A stretch of DNA of 64,000 bases, from NCBI GenBank assembly GCA_028283855.1, contig JAPWJX010000004.1, positions 161,394 through 225,393 of the forward strand, read 5' to 3'. Shown here one piece after another: positions 50,697-60,596 of this stretch; within the stretch, counting starts at the first letter, position 1; every line of letters starts with the position of its first letter. The notes below the pieces were generated by a model. The model worked only from the letters and a program-made list of their open reading frames with translations. It searched no databases and had not been told where the DNA came from. Made by a program: the position numbers and the translations under genes. Source of the DNA: Verrucomicrobium sp. Lineage in GTDB: Bacteria > Verrucomicrobiota > Verrucomicrobiia > Methylacidiphilales > GAS474.

Positions 50697-52883
50697 CTAG
50701 GGATTTTCGATTTTTTCTTCCGGGAAGGGGACGACGGGCGGGATCGAGCTGTTGTCCGGCCGGGGCGGCTTAGGCTTGGTCTGGACGCGGTTGAGCGTCA
50801 CCTGCATGGAGAGGGGCGCGCCGCCCTGCGGAGTCACCGGCAGATAGTAAGTCTCAAAGCCCTGCATCTTTATGGCCACGCTCTGCGCGACGGGCGGCAG
50901 GGAAACCTCCAGCGGCGTGAAGCCGAAGTCTTCCCCGTTGAGCGAGACGACGGCCCCCTGGGGGTGGCTGTCGATCCGTACGCGGGAGAAGCGGAAGTCG
51001 GGGGTGAAGGCCGTCACCTCGTGCACCAGGACTTCCAGGGGCACGCTGTAGGAGCGGTTCCGCTGGCTGAGGCGGACCAGGTAGCGGCCCGGACGGAGGC
51101 GGAGGTTCACGGCGTCCTCCGCCTTGAGGGTGCCGGAGGCGGCCAGATCGGTCCGATCGACGCGGTGCGCCTCGTACCGGTAGCCCTCCTCCGCCGACTG
51201 GAGGCGCAGGAAACCGCCCTCCGGCTTGAGTTCGATGGGCGGCAGGACGAGGTGCTCGGCGGGGTGGAGGCGGACGACCTGGTGGTGGGCCAGGTATTCG
51301 GGCGCGACGACGGTGAGCCGGTAGGGGCCTTCGCGGAGGTGGCGGAAGGTGGCTTTCAGCCCGGTTTCCGAGTCCATCCCCAGCACGATGGTGGGGGAGG
51401 CCTCCCCGGCCAGCAGGGGCTTTACTTCCACGGCGACGGAGCCGTTCTGCACGCGCAGCGCGTCGAAGGCCAGATAGCCCGCCACCGCCGTCATGCCCAG
51501 GAAGCCGGCCACGGAGGCCAGGCTAAGGAGCTGGAGGAAGCGCTCCGCCTTCCGGTGCAGGCGGATCAGCCGCTCCAGCCGCTCGCGCAGGCGGCCCAGC
51601 TCGGCCTCCATGTCCTGGTGGAAGTCGGTGCCGCGGACGGAGGCCAGCAGGCGGGCCTTTTCCGCCAGGGCGGTGGGAACCTTCGTCAAAAGGGCCCGTG
51701 CCGCGCGGGCGGGCGCGAAGCCGAACCAGAACCGCCGGAAAGCCTTTTCCAGGAGCGCCTCCGCCTGGTCCATGGGGTGTCCCAGGCGCTGGTCGATGTC
51801 GGTGAGCTCGTTCCGCCAGCGGGCCGCCTCGCGCGCGGGAGCCTCGTAGTCGAGGTCGGCGAAGACCGGCTTGAGCGGGGCGGCGGTTTCCTGCGCCTTC
51901 CGGTAATTGCCTTCCCGGGCCAGGGTGATGGCCTTGTCCAGGGTGCGGAGGTGCTTGGAATAGGTTTCCAGCCAGCGCTTGCAGCGGGCCTCGTCCTGCT
52001 TGAGGGCGGCCAGCCGGGCGCGGCGCAGGGAGCTGGAGGCGTCGTCGTCCAGGTAGCGGAAAATCTCCGGCAGGTCGAGGCGGTGGAGGAGGTGGTCGGG
52101 ATGAAGCAGGGTGGCGAAGCCGTAGAGTTCCGGCTGGAGGTCCTTTCCGCTGCGCCACGAGCCGGCGGGAAGGCCCAGCCGCAGCTCGCGGACGTGGTGG
52201 GAGATCTCCGCGATTTCCGAGCGGATCTGCTCGTGGAGGGCTTCCAGCCCGGCTTGGGAGAGGGCGCCCGGCTCCGGGTTTTCCAGGGCGGCGCGCCAGG
52301 CGGGCGCCTCGGAAGTCTCCGTGTGGACGGCGGCGGCGACAGTGCCGATCCTCTCCACCGTCTGGCCGAAGTGGTCGAGCGGATCGTCGACCAGCGCGCT
52401 GGCGGGCAGGTTGGCGTTGGCGAAGTGGTCCAGCTCCTTCCCCAGCTCAGCCAGGGCGCCCAGGACGGGGGTCTTCTCCGCCTCCATGAGGCCCTCGGCG
52501 CGGAGGAGGTAGGCCACCTTGGCCTGGAGGACCTGAAGGTGGAAGGTCTGCTCTTCCAGGTTGGTGCCCCAGGCGCTCTTGATGCGGAGCCATTCGATGG
52601 AGGCGTCCTCCACCAGGTCGGCCAGGCTCTGCCGGTATTTTTCCAGCACCTTGTCCTGCTCGTAGCCGGAGCGGTGCAGGGCGTTGTTGATTTGGTGGAT
52701 CTTGGTCTTTTGGGCGATGCTGGCGCCCTGGACGCGCAGGGAGGCCAGCTCGGCCGTCAGCCCGGCGATGCGGTCCCGCACCTCCGTGGCCCATTGGTGG
52801 AGGCCCGCCAGCTCCTTGTAGCCGGGAAAGATATTCTCCAGGTCGGGCTTGGCGTTCTTGGCCGGGGCGGGCTTGGGCTCCAC
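50697..52883 (-). CDS. bitopic membrane protein: long helical N-terminal region, one TM, C-terminal beta/PEGA domains
   Basis: Helical coiled-coil-like first 450 aa, hydrophobic segment [24 protein letters not shown]-like [19 protein letters not shown]. Confidence 0.7.
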   Translation of the reverse strand: MEPKPAPAKNAKPDLENIFPGYKELAGLHQWATEVRDRIAGLTAELASLRVQGASIAQKTKIHQINNALHRSGYEQDKVLEKYRQSLADLVEDASIEWLRIKSAWGTNLEEQTFHLQVLQAKVAYLLRAEGLMEAEKTPVLGALAELGKELDHFANANLPASALVDDPLDHFGQTVERIGTVAAAVHTETSEAPAWRAALENPEPGALSQAGLEALHEQIRSEIAEISHHVRELRLGLPAGSWRSGKDLQPELYGFATLLHPDHLLHRLDLPEIFRYLDDDASSSLRRARLAALKQDEARCKRWLETYSKHLRTLDKAITLAREGNYRKAQETAAPLKPVFADLDYEAPAREAARWRNELTDIDQRLGHPMDQAEALLEKAFRRFWFGFAPARAARALLTKVPTALAEKARLLASVRGTDFHQDMEAELGRLRERLERLIRLHRKAERFLQLLSLASVAGFLGMTAVAGYLAFDALRVQNGSVAVEVKPLLAGEASPTIVLGMDSETGLKATFRHLREGPYRLTVVAPEYLAHHQVVRLHPAEHLVLPPIELKPEGGFLRLQSAEEGYRYEAHRVDRTDLAASGTLKAEDAVNLRLRPGRYLVRLSQRNRSYSVPLEVLVHEVTAFTPDFRFSRVRIDSHPQGAVVSLNGEDFGFTPLEVSLPPVAQSVAIKMQGFETYYLPVTPQGGAPLSMQVTLNRVQTKPKPPRPDNSSIPPVVPFPEEKIENP

Positions 52884-52911
52884 TGCCCGGCAGTATGATG
52901 GCTTGCCGGGA

Positions 52912-53656
52912 TCAGGGCAATATCAAGTAAGCCAGGGAACAGCCGGCGGCGACGGGGACGGCGTCGGTCCGCAGGGCCAGGGAGGCGGCGGTGGTCCCCG
53001 CCGCGACGACGCGCGCGCCGAAGGCGCTCTCCGCCGCCGTCGGCGTAAGGAGGGTGAAGAGCGCCCCGCGCGGCGCGCCGGGCAGGTGCAGGGAGGCGAG
53101 GTCGATCGCGTAGTCGCTCTGCCCCACGACGAGGGGAAGGATGCCGGTCAGGCCGGTGGTGAGGAGGGAGGCGGCGGTCGGGTAGGCGGGGTTGCCCTCC
53201 GTGGGCAGGCCTTCGTCGTCCTTGATCACGTCGTTGTAGATGACGACGGAGAAAGTCCGGGTGCTCGTCTCGTAGCCGCCCGGGGTGATCCAGGCGATTT
53301 CCCCCATGAGGGTGACCTGGGCCAGGTCGCCGCCCGCGGGATTAAGCAGGGCGTTGAGGGGGGAGGTGTTGAAGCTGGGCTGGAGGGCGTAGGCGGTGGC
53401 GGGCGCGGCGGGCGTGGCCCAGACGTCGCAAAAGACGACGAAGTCCCCGTCGTATTGCCCCTGCTGCTTGAGGCCGAATTTGAACGTGGTGCCGGAAGGG
53501 AGCGTCACCGGCGTGTAGCCGTTGCTCCCCAGTTGCTGAAAGGTCACCTGCAGGGGGGCGACGTCCCCCCGTTTGAAGGAAAGGGTGGTGACGGGCGCCG
53601 CTGTTGCTGGAGCCGGCCACCAGCTGGGCCCGGTCTAGGTCGATGTAGAGGTTCAT
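52912..53656 (-). pseudogene. orphan phage tail/baseplate-like protein with apparent +1 frameshift near 53600
   Basis: ORF from ATG 53656 (MNLYIDLDRAQLVAG) and ORF ending 52912 (APVTTLSFKRGD..LQVTF...) differ by one base; span 745 nt = 248 codons +1. Phage resemblance is from recollection only. Confidence 0.6.
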
Positions 53657-53751
53657 GGGGGTCTGGCGCGGCATCCTACCCGGGAGCGGGGCGGCGCGTC
53701 TTGGACGGGGGGAACGGAGGGCAGGGAAGGGGTGCTTGACCGCCCGGCCGG

Positions 53752-54249
53752 ATGGCGCAGCATGGGAAAGACGATGAACGCGTTTTTCCCGGAGGCCGGG
53801 CGCTGAAAGCCCTGCGCATCGGCGTCATCGCCGACACCCACGGACGGATCCATCCGCGCCTGGAGGCTCTTTTCCGGGACGTCGACGAAATCTGGCACCT
53901 GGGCGACGTCTGCGAGGAGGCGGTCCTCGATTTTCTCCGCGGCCTTTGCCCCCGCCTGACCGTGGTGCTGGGGAATAACGACTTTTCCTTCTCCGCCCCG
54001 CTGACGCTCGATTTGGAGCGGGAAGGGGAGCGCTTCCACCTGGTCCACATCCCGCCGCGCTCCTTTCCCGCGCGGGAGGGGTGGTTCCTCCACGGACACA
54101 CCCATGTCCCCCGCGATGAACGAATCGGCGCGTTGCGTGTCTTTAATCCCGGCAGCGCGGGTTTGGCGAACAAGGGAGCTCCCTTGCACGTCGGCTTCCT
54201 GGAAAAGGAGCCGGGGAAGCCTTTCTCCGCGCGGCTGGAACCCCTCTAA
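53752..54249 (+). CDS. metallophosphoesterase (YfcE/MJ0936 family)
   Basis: IADTHG, HLGD, LGNND, HGHTH, FNPGS; true start may be downstream. Confidence 0.88.
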   Translation: MAQHGKDDERVFPGGRALKALRIGVIADTHGRIHPRLEALFRDVDEIWHLGDVCEEAVLDFLRGLCPRLTVVLGNNDFSFSAPLTLDLEREGERFHLVHIPPRSFPAREGWFLHGHTHVPRDERIGALRVFNPGSAGLANKGAPLHVGFLEKEPGKPFSARLEPL

Positions 54250-54297
54250 CCTTGCAGTCCCCCTCATTCTGAACCATCCTGGAAGCCCTTTCCCCCT

Positions 54298-55896
54298 ATG
54301 AAGCGCACCCGCCTTTCCGCCTGCGTCCTCCTCCTTTCCCTTAGCCTGCCGGTCCTCGGCTCCGCCGCCACACCCTGGTGGAAATGGGGCGCCTCCCCGA
54401 CAAACGCCCCGGCCGCTGAGGCGGAAAAGTCCGCCCCCGCCTCCCTGGGCGAGGCCAAGCCGGAAACCGCTCCCGCCCCCGGCGGCGGGCCGGCCATGGT
54501 GACCAGCTTCGCCCCCATTGTGAAGAAGGTGGCGCCCAGCGTCGTCACCGTCTTCACCACCAAGAAGGTGAAGGAGCAGGACGTCCGCAACCCCTTCATG
54601 GGCGATCCCTTCTTCCAGCGCTTCTTCGGCAACATGCCGGGGATGCCGGGCAACGGCAACGGCGGCGGCGCTCCGGCGAAACCCCGCTTCCAGGAGCAGC
54701 AGGGGCTGGGCTCCGGCGTCATCGTCTCCGCCGACGGCTACATCCTGACCAACGTCCACGTCGTCGACGTGGCGGACGAGATCAAGGTCCGCATCGGCAA
54801 CGAGAAGAAGGACTACGCCGCCAAGGTCATCGGCAAGGACCCGCTCTCCGACATCGCCCTCATCAAAATCACTGCCACCGGCCTGACTGCCATCCCCCTG
54901 GCCGATTCCAGCAAGGTGGAAGTGGGAGACGTCGTCCTGGCCCTGGGCAACCCCTTCGCCCTCGGCCAGACCGTCACCATGGGCATCGTCAGCGCGCTGG
55001 ACCGCACGCCGGACGAGCTGGGCGCGGGCACCCTCGACCAGTTCATCCAGACCGACGCGGCGATCAACCCCGGCAACTCCGGCGGCCCCCTCGTCGACAC
55101 CGCGGGCCGCATGATCGGAATCAACAGCGCCATCTACACCCGCAGCGGCGGCAACATGGGCATCGGCTTCGCCATTCCCAGCAACATGGCCCGCCACGTC
55201 ATGGAGAGCCTGCTCAAGCAGGGCCGCGTCATCCGCGGCTTCCTGGGCGTCAGCGCCAACGCCCTGACCCCGGACCTGGTGAAGAAATTCAGCCTGCCGG
55301 ACGACAACGGCGTCCTCGTCGCCCAGGTGGAGTCGAAGTCGGCCGCGGAAGCCGCGGGCGTCCAGGTCGGCGACGTCATCACCGAGTTCAACGGCAAGAA
55401 GATCTCCGACTACCACGACCTGCGCACCGCCGTCACGGAGACCGCCCCCGGCAAGAAAGTCCGCCTGGCCCTGATCCGCAACGGGCATCCGAAGACCCTG
55501 GACGTCACCCTCAAGGAGATGCCCGCCGCCGCGTCCAAGCCGGAGGCGGACGACGCCGCCCAGGACGAGCCGGCGGAGCCCGCCACGGAAAAGCTCCTGC
55601 CCGGCGTGCAGATCGCCGACCTGAACGACGCGGGCCGCCACCAGTTCGACGCCATCCAATATCCCGCCGACCTGAAGGGCGCCCTGGTCGTCGACGTGCA
55701 GCAGGACTCCCCCGCCGCCAAGCCCGGGGCCGCCGGCCTCCAGCCGGGCGACGTCATCCTGGAGGTGGAGCACAAGGAGGTCCACTCCGCGAAGGAAGCG
55801 GTCCTCGCCGCCCATAAGGCCAAGGGCGGCCTCCTCCTGCGCGTCTGGACGCGCGGCAATCCCCGCTACCTGGTCATCCAGAACAGCGACCAATGA
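54298..55896 (+). CDS. degP: Do/DegP (HtrA) serine protease with two PDZ domains
   Basis: Signal peptide, GSGVI, TNVHVV, DIALIK, QTDAAINPGNSGGPL. Confidence 0.93.
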   Translation: MKRTRLSACVLLLSLSLPVLGSAATPWWKWGASPTNAPAAEAEKSAPASLGEAKPETAPAPGGGPAMVTSFAPIVKKVAPSVVTVFTTKKVKEQDVRNPFMGDPFFQRFFGNMPGMPGNGNGGGAPAKPRFQEQQGLGSGVIVSADGYILTNVHVVDVADEIKVRIGNEKKDYAAKVIGKDPLSDIALIKITATGLTAIPLADSSKVEVGDVVLALGNPFALGQTVTMGIVSALDRTPDELGAGTLDQFIQTDAAINPGNSGGPLVDTAGRMIGINSAIYTRSGGNMGIGFAIPSNMARHVMESLLKQGRVIRGFLGVSANALTPDLVKKFSLPDDNGVLVAQVESKSAAEAAGVQVGDVITEFNGKKISDYHDLRTAVTETAPGKKVRLALIRNGHPKTLDVTLKEMPAAASKPEADDAAQDEPAEPATEKLLPGVQIADLNDAGRHQFDAIQYPADLKGALVVDVQQDSPAAKPGAAGLQPGDVILEVEHKEVHSAKEAVLAAHKAKGGLLLRVWTRGNPRYLVIQNSDQ

Positions 55897-57518
55897 GCGA
55901 TACGCTTTCCACGCCCCCCGCCTTCGTCCCCGGCCCCACGCCGGAGGAGAAACTGAAGATGGAAAAGGACGGCCTGGACGTCATCCACGACCTCCACCGC
56001 TACGCCCACACGGGCTTCGCCTCCATCACGGAGGACGATTTCTCCCGCTTCAAGTGGTACGGCTTCTACCGCCAGAAGCCGAAGGAAAGCGGCTACTTCA
56101 TGCTCCGGCTGCGGCTGCCCGGCGGGCGGCTGACCCCGGAGCAGGCGGAGGCCGTCGCCTCCGTCGCCCAGGACTTCGCCCACGGCTTTTGCGACGTCAC
56201 CACCCGGCAGACCTTCCAGTTCCACTGGCTCACCATCGAGCAGGCGCCGGAAGTCTTCGCCCGGCTGGAGTCCGCCGGGGTCTACACCAGCGGCGCCTGC
56301 GGCGACATCGCCCGCAACGTCGTCGGCTGCCCCGTGGCCGGGTGCGACGGGGAGGAGATCCTCGACGCCACCCCGCAGCTGGAGGCGGTCAACGCCCACC
56401 TCTTCAACAACAAGGAATTCTCCAACCTGCCCCGGAAGTACAAGATCAGCGTCTCCGGCTGCCGCATCCACTGCGCCCAGCCGGACATCAACGACCTGGG
56501 CTTCTTCGGCCTGGAGCGGGGAGGGGAGGCGGGCTTCGGCCTGAAGATCGGCGGCGGCCTTTCCTCCGCCCCCCACCTGGCGCAGGTCCTGCCCGTCTTC
56601 CTCCGGCCGGAGGAGGTCCTGCCCATGGCCCACTACGCATCGGTCCTCTACCGGGACTTCGGCTACCGGGAAAAGCGCAACCGCGCCCGGCTCAAGTTCC
56701 TCGTCGCCGACTGGGGCGCGGAAAAGGTCCTGGCCAAGATCGAGGAGCTGGCGGGCCGCCGCTTCGAGCGGTACGAGGGGTTCCAATTCCCGACCGATCC
56801 GGAGACCGACCACCTGGGCGTCCGCCCGCAGAAGCAGGCGGGGCTCCACTACGTCGGCGTCTGCTTCGCCGGGGGGCGCGTCCGCGCCCATCAGCTGCGG
56901 GAATTGGCGGAGCTTTCCCGCCGCTTCGCCTCGCCCGGCCAGGCCCGCCTGGGGGCGACGAACAAACAGAACATCATCCTCTTCAACATCCCGGAGGCGA
57001 ACGTCGCCGCGCTCAAGGCGGAGCTCGACGCGCGGGAGCTGGTCTGGAACCCGACGGTCTTCCGCTCCGGCTGCGTCTCCTGCACCGGCATCGAGTTCTG
57101 CAACCTGGCCATCGCGGAGACAAAGAACCGGATGATCTCCCTCGTCGGCCAGCTGGAGGAGGAGTGCGCGGGCTACCGGGACAAGATCCGCATCCATTTC
57201 AGCGGCTGCCCCAGCTCCTGCGGCCAGCACCAGATCGCCGACATCGGCTTCCGCGGCGGCATGACGAAGGTCAACGGCGTCTCCACCGAGTGTTTCGACA
57301 TGTTCCTGGGCGGCAAGCTGGGGAGCGAGGCCCGCTTCAACGAGCTGGTCCGCGGTAAAATCCCCGCCGCCGACATCCACAAGGTCGTCGGCCAGACCCT
57401 CCGCTACTACCAGGCGAATCGCCAGGGGACGGAGACCTTCGCCGACTTTTCCCGCCGTTTGGGGAAGGATGCCATGAAGACGGCCCTGGCCCCGGAAAAT
57501 CCGGCCGCTCCCGCGTAA
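55893..57518 (+). CDS. ferredoxin-dependent nitrite/sulfite reductase (siroheme, 4Fe-4S)
   Basis: DVTTRQ.FQFH, CGD..RNV.GCP, LPRKYKI..SGC, CTG.EFC, SGCPSSCGQH; substrate not determinable. Confidence 0.92.
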   Translation: MSDTLSTPPAFVPGPTPEEKLKMEKDGLDVIHDLHRYAHTGFASITEDDFSRFKWYGFYRQKPKESGYFMLRLRLPGGRLTPEQAEAVASVAQDFAHGFCDVTTRQTFQFHWLTIEQAPEVFARLESAGVYTSGACGDIARNVVGCPVAGCDGEEILDATPQLEAVNAHLFNNKEFSNLPRKYKISVSGCRIHCAQPDINDLGFFGLERGGEAGFGLKIGGGLSSAPHLAQVLPVFLRPEEVLPMAHYASVLYRDFGYREKRNRARLKFLVADWGAEKVLAKIEELAGRRFERYEGFQFPTDPETDHLGVRPQKQAGLHYVGVCFAGGRVRAHQLRELAELSRRFASPGQARLGATNKQNIILFNIPEANVAALKAELDARELVWNPTVFRSGCVSCTGIEFCNLAIAETKNRMISLVGQLEEECAGYRDKIRIHFSGCPSSCGQHQIADIGFRGGMTKVNGVSTECFDMFLGGKLGSEARFNELVRGKIPAADIHKVVGQTLRYYQANRQGTETFADFSRRLGKDAMKTALAPENPAAPA

Positions 57519-57531
57519 AATAGCCGAATTA
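57518..57531 (+). promoter_or_regulatory. conserved upstream element copy 5 (AAATAGCCGAATTA)
   Basis: Read directly; abuts the reductase stop; followed by AGGAG and ATG 57540 (9-nt gap). Confidence 0.8.
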
Positions 57532-57539
57532 AGGAGAGT

Positions 57540-57752
57540 ATGGCATTTCCACTCTCCGACGAGGCGTTCCGGGCTGAAATGAAGGGCATGGGCTTTGGCG
57601 AAAAGCAGGCGCAAAAGCTGCGCGTCTCCTTGCAGAAGCCCGCTCCCAAGGTGCCCGAGGCCCCTTACAGCCGTCCCGAGGCGAGCAGCCAGGCTGACGG
57701 TTTTACCGAGACCGGCCCCATCACCCCGCAGGAAAAGTGGCTTTTCCGCTAA
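57540..57752 (+). CDS. small hypothetical protein (70 aa), N-terminus similar to 58384..58584
   Basis: ATG with AGGAG; SDEAFRAEMKGMG motif shared with the downstream paralog. Confidence 0.75.
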   Translation: MAFPLSDEAFRAEMKGMGFGEKQAQKLRVSLQKPAPKVPEAPYSRPEASSQADGFTETGPITPQEKWLFR

Positions 57753-57775
57753 GCGAGCCATTGCCGGAGCGCTCC

Positions 57776-58378
57776 ATGCCCGAAGTCTCCCTGCCCAAGA
57801 ACTTCTATCCCGACGGCTTCACCCCCGAAGTCGACGACGACGTGTACGATCAGAAGCCGAAGCACCCCCTCCTGCGCCACGTCCTCTGGGAGGCGCTGAA
57901 GCAGGCGAAGGACTGGTCCCACCTGCCCGAAAACCGCCAGGAAGCGTGGGCCGCCGCGGCCAACGCCCTGGGCGCCGCCCCGGAAGGGGACAATGAGGTT
58001 TCCCGCTTCCTGAAAAGCCAGGAAGGGGAGGCCGCCCGCCGCGACTTCGCCTACGCCGGTCCGCTGCCCGGCATCGTCACCCGCTACCTTTCCGGTTCCA
58101 GCCAGGAAAAGCGCCTGGCCGAGTTCCAGGAGGCGATTCCCGAGGCCTACGGCATGCTGCTGGAAGGCTTCGGCGAGAAGGAGGGACTGAAGAAGATGGG
58201 CCGCGAGCCGCTGCCCCAGTGGGCCTATGCGAAGGTTCCGCACCCCAACCCGCTCCCCTACACCCCTTTTAGCGCCGTCCGCTGGACGAAGGATGACCTC
58301 AATCTCCTGCGCGGGATGCGGATCGAGACGCAGGGCCTTGCCGTCGACCAGCCGGTGCGCGGCGGCCACACCCGCTAA
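57776..58378 (+). CDS. hypothetical protein (200 aa orphan)
   Basis: ATG 57776 within ORF 57737..58378; GC-rich third positions; no family recognised. Confidence 0.75.
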   Translation: MPEVSLPKNFYPDGFTPEVDDDVYDQKPKHPLLRHVLWEALKQAKDWSHLPENRQEAWAAAANALGAAPEGDNEVSRFLKSQEGEAARRDFAYAGPLPGIVTRYLSGSSQEKRLAEFQEAIPEAYGMLLEGFGEKEGLKKMGREPLPQWAYAKVPHPNPLPYTPFSAVRWTKDDLNLLRGMRIETQGLAVDQPVRGGHTR

Positions 58379-58383
58379 TTTTT

Positions 58384-58584
58384 ATGACCCCCGACGAACA
58401 GTTCCGCACCGAGATGGAGAAGATGGGCTGCAGCGAGAGCGAGCTCATCAAGACCCTGGCCGAGATCAAGAACCCCGCCGCCCAGGCCTTCGGGGACGTT
58501 TCCGACGCGGCGCGCCGCGCCGGTTTCAAGACCGACACCGCCCCCGGCGAAGTCCGCAATCCCGGCTGGGACGTGGAACAGTAG
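58384..58584 (+). CDS. small hypothetical protein (66 aa), paralog of 57540..57752
   Basis: PDEQFRTEMEKMG motif; ATG 5 nt after the upstream stop. Confidence 0.75.
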   Translation: MTPDEQFRTEMEKMGCSESELIKTLAEIKNPAAQAFGDVSDAARRAGFKTDTAPGEVRNPGWDVEQ

Positions 58585-58585
58585 T

Positions 58586-60589
58586 TTAGCGCGTTTCCGC
58601 GCGCCCCTCGACGATCTCGACGGGGCACTTCGGCAGCATCGCCATGAACGATTTGCCGTAATTCTTGCTCAGGACCCGCTGGTCGAGGATGACCACGATC
58701 CCCTGGTCCTGCTTCGACCGGATGAGGCGGCCCACCCCCTGGCGGAATTTGAGGATCGCCTCCGGCAGGGAATAGTCCCGGAAGGCGTCGCCCCCCGCCG
58801 CCTCGATCCGCTCCAGCCGCGCCTGCGTCAGCGGGTGGTCCGGCACGGCGAAGGGGAGGCGGGTCAGGATCACGTTCCCCAGCGCGTCCCCCGGCACGTC
58901 GACCCCCTGCCAGAAGCTGTCCGTGCCGTAGAGGACGGCGCGGGGGGAGGTCTTGAACTTCTGCAGCAGCTTGTGCCGCGTCATGCTCCCGTCCTGGATG
59001 AGAAAGGTGTAGCCGTGGCTGCGGAAGAAGAGGTCGGTCCGCTCCGCCACCGCCTGCATCGTCCGGTAGCTGGTGAAGAGGACGAAGGCGCGCCCCTCCG
59101 TCATGGAGGTGAAGTGCTCGATCCACTGCTGGAGGGCGCGGACGTATTCGTCGGCCCGGGCCGGTTCCGGCATGTGGCGGGGGACGTAGACCTTCATCTG
59201 CCGCTCGAAGTCGAAGGGGGAGTCCAGCTTCAGCGCGGCGGCGTCCTCCGCGCCCAGGCGTTTCTGGAAGAACTGGAGGTCCCGCGCCACGGCCAGGGTG
59301 GCGCTGGTGAGGACGGCGGTCTGGTCCGGGCGGAAGATGAGCTGCCGCATGAGCGGGGCCACGTCGACGGGGGCGGCCAGGAGCTGGATTTCCTGCGCCT
59401 TCGGCGTCCGCTCCACCCAGTAGACGTGCCCCTCCCGGGATTGGGTGAGGAACTCGGAGATGCCGGTGCGCAGGGCGGCCAGGCGGCTGGCGCTTTCCCG
59501 CACCTCGGCCAGCAGGTCCTCGTCGGAGACGTCCTCCTGGCTGTCGCAGAGGGCGCGGTGGATCTGCGCCAGGGGGAGGCTCAGGGTGTCCTCCACCAGG
59601 TCGGGGCGGCTGACGCGGACCTCGCCCCCGCGGGTGAAGTCGACCTGCCGCTCGATGGCGCCGAAGAAGGCGTCGGCGGTCTGCTGGGTTTCTCCCAGGA
59701 GCCGGATGGCGTCCCCCTGCCGGAGGACCTGCAGGAGGCCCTTTTGCGTGCGGCTGTTGTAGAGGCGGGTGAAGAGGTGGCGGATGCGCGTCTGGGAAAG
59801 GCCCAGGCCCAGATGGCGGGAGGCGACGTTTTCCAGGGTGTGCGCCTCGTCGAAGACGACGAAGTCGTCGTGGAAGAGGAAGCCCTTCTCGTTTTCCAGC
59901 GGCTCCTGGTTCGCGTCGGAGCCCAGGAGGGAGAAGAAGAGGGAGTGGTTGACCACGACGACCTGCGCCTCCTTCGCCCGGGAGCGGAGGCGCTGGTAGA
60001 AGCAGCGCGGGTCGGCCCCGCAGGTGCGCGGGGTGCAGACGTGGGGCTCGGAGCAGACCTGGGCCCAGACCTTCGGGTCGGGCATGGGGTCGAGGTCGGC
60101 CAGGGTGCCGTCCTCCGTCTGCTGATGCCATTCCCAGAGGCGCTTCAGCTCGGCCGCCTCGGAGGAGGCGAAGAGGTCGCCCGCGTGGCTCATCGCCTTC
60201 TGCAGGCGGCGGGGGCAGAGGTAGTTCTGCCGCCCCTTCAGCAGGACGGCGGTGAAGGCCTCCGGCACCAGCTTTTGCACCAGGGGGATGTCCTTGTGGA
60301 AGAGCTGCTCCTGGAGGTTGATGGTGTGGGTGGAGAGGATGGCCTGCCGCCCCTGCTCGATCCCGTGCAGGATGGAGGGGATCAGGTAGGCCAGGCTCTT
60401 CCCCGTGCCGGTCCCCGCCTCGACGACGAGGTGCGTGCGCTCGTCGAGCGCCCGGGCGACGGCCGCCGCCATCTGCTGCTGCTGGGGCCGGGCCTCGAAG
60501 TTCTTCGCCTTGGCCAGGGGGCCCCGCTCGGAGAAGAACTCCTCCACGCGCCCCGCGAGCGTGGAAATGGAATCGCGGGGCGCAATCAC
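58586..60589 (-). CDS. DinG/YoaA family ATP-dependent helicase
   Basis: EAGTGTGKSLAY, KGRQNYLC, DEAH, SATL, LFTSY, WQGVDVPG, QGVGRLIR. Confidence 0.95.
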   Translation of the reverse strand: MIAPRDSISTLAGRVEEFFSERGPLAKAKNFEARPQQQQMAAAVARALDERTHLVVEAGTGTGKSLAYLIPSILHGIEQGRQAILSTHTINLQEQLFHKDIPLVQKLVPEAFTAVLLKGRQNYLCPRRLQKAMSHAGDLFASSEAAELKRLWEWHQQTEDGTLADLDPMPDPKVWAQVCSEPHVCTPRTCGADPRCFYQRLRSRAKEAQVVVVNHSLFFSLLGSDANQEPLENEKGFLFHDDFVVFDEAHTLENVASRHLGLGLSQTRIRHLFTRLYNSRTQKGLLQVLRQGDAIRLLGETQQTADAFFGAIERQVDFTRGGEVRVSRPDLVEDTLSLPLAQIHRALCDSQEDVSDEDLLAEVRESASRLAALRTGISEFLTQSREGHVYWVERTPKAQEIQLLAAPVDVAPLMRQLIFRPDQTAVLTSATLAVARDLQFFQKRLGAEDAAALKLDSPFDFERQMKVYVPRHMPEPARADEYVRALQQWIEHFTSMTEGRAFVLFTSYRTMQAVAERTDLFFRSHGYTFLIQDGSMTRHKLLQKFKTSPRAVLYGTDSFWQGVDVPGDALGNVILTRLPFAVPDHPLTQARLERIEAAGGDAFRDYSLPEAILKFRQGVGRLIRSKQDQGIVVILDQRVLSKNYGKSFMAMLPKCPVEIVEGRAETR

Positions 60590-60596
60590 AAGGGCC

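Noticed and set aside
58278-58320. RWTKDDLNLLR resembling a Myb/SANT or GcrA helix start
   Set aside because: Only about 30 residues follow and further conserved aromatic positions are absent
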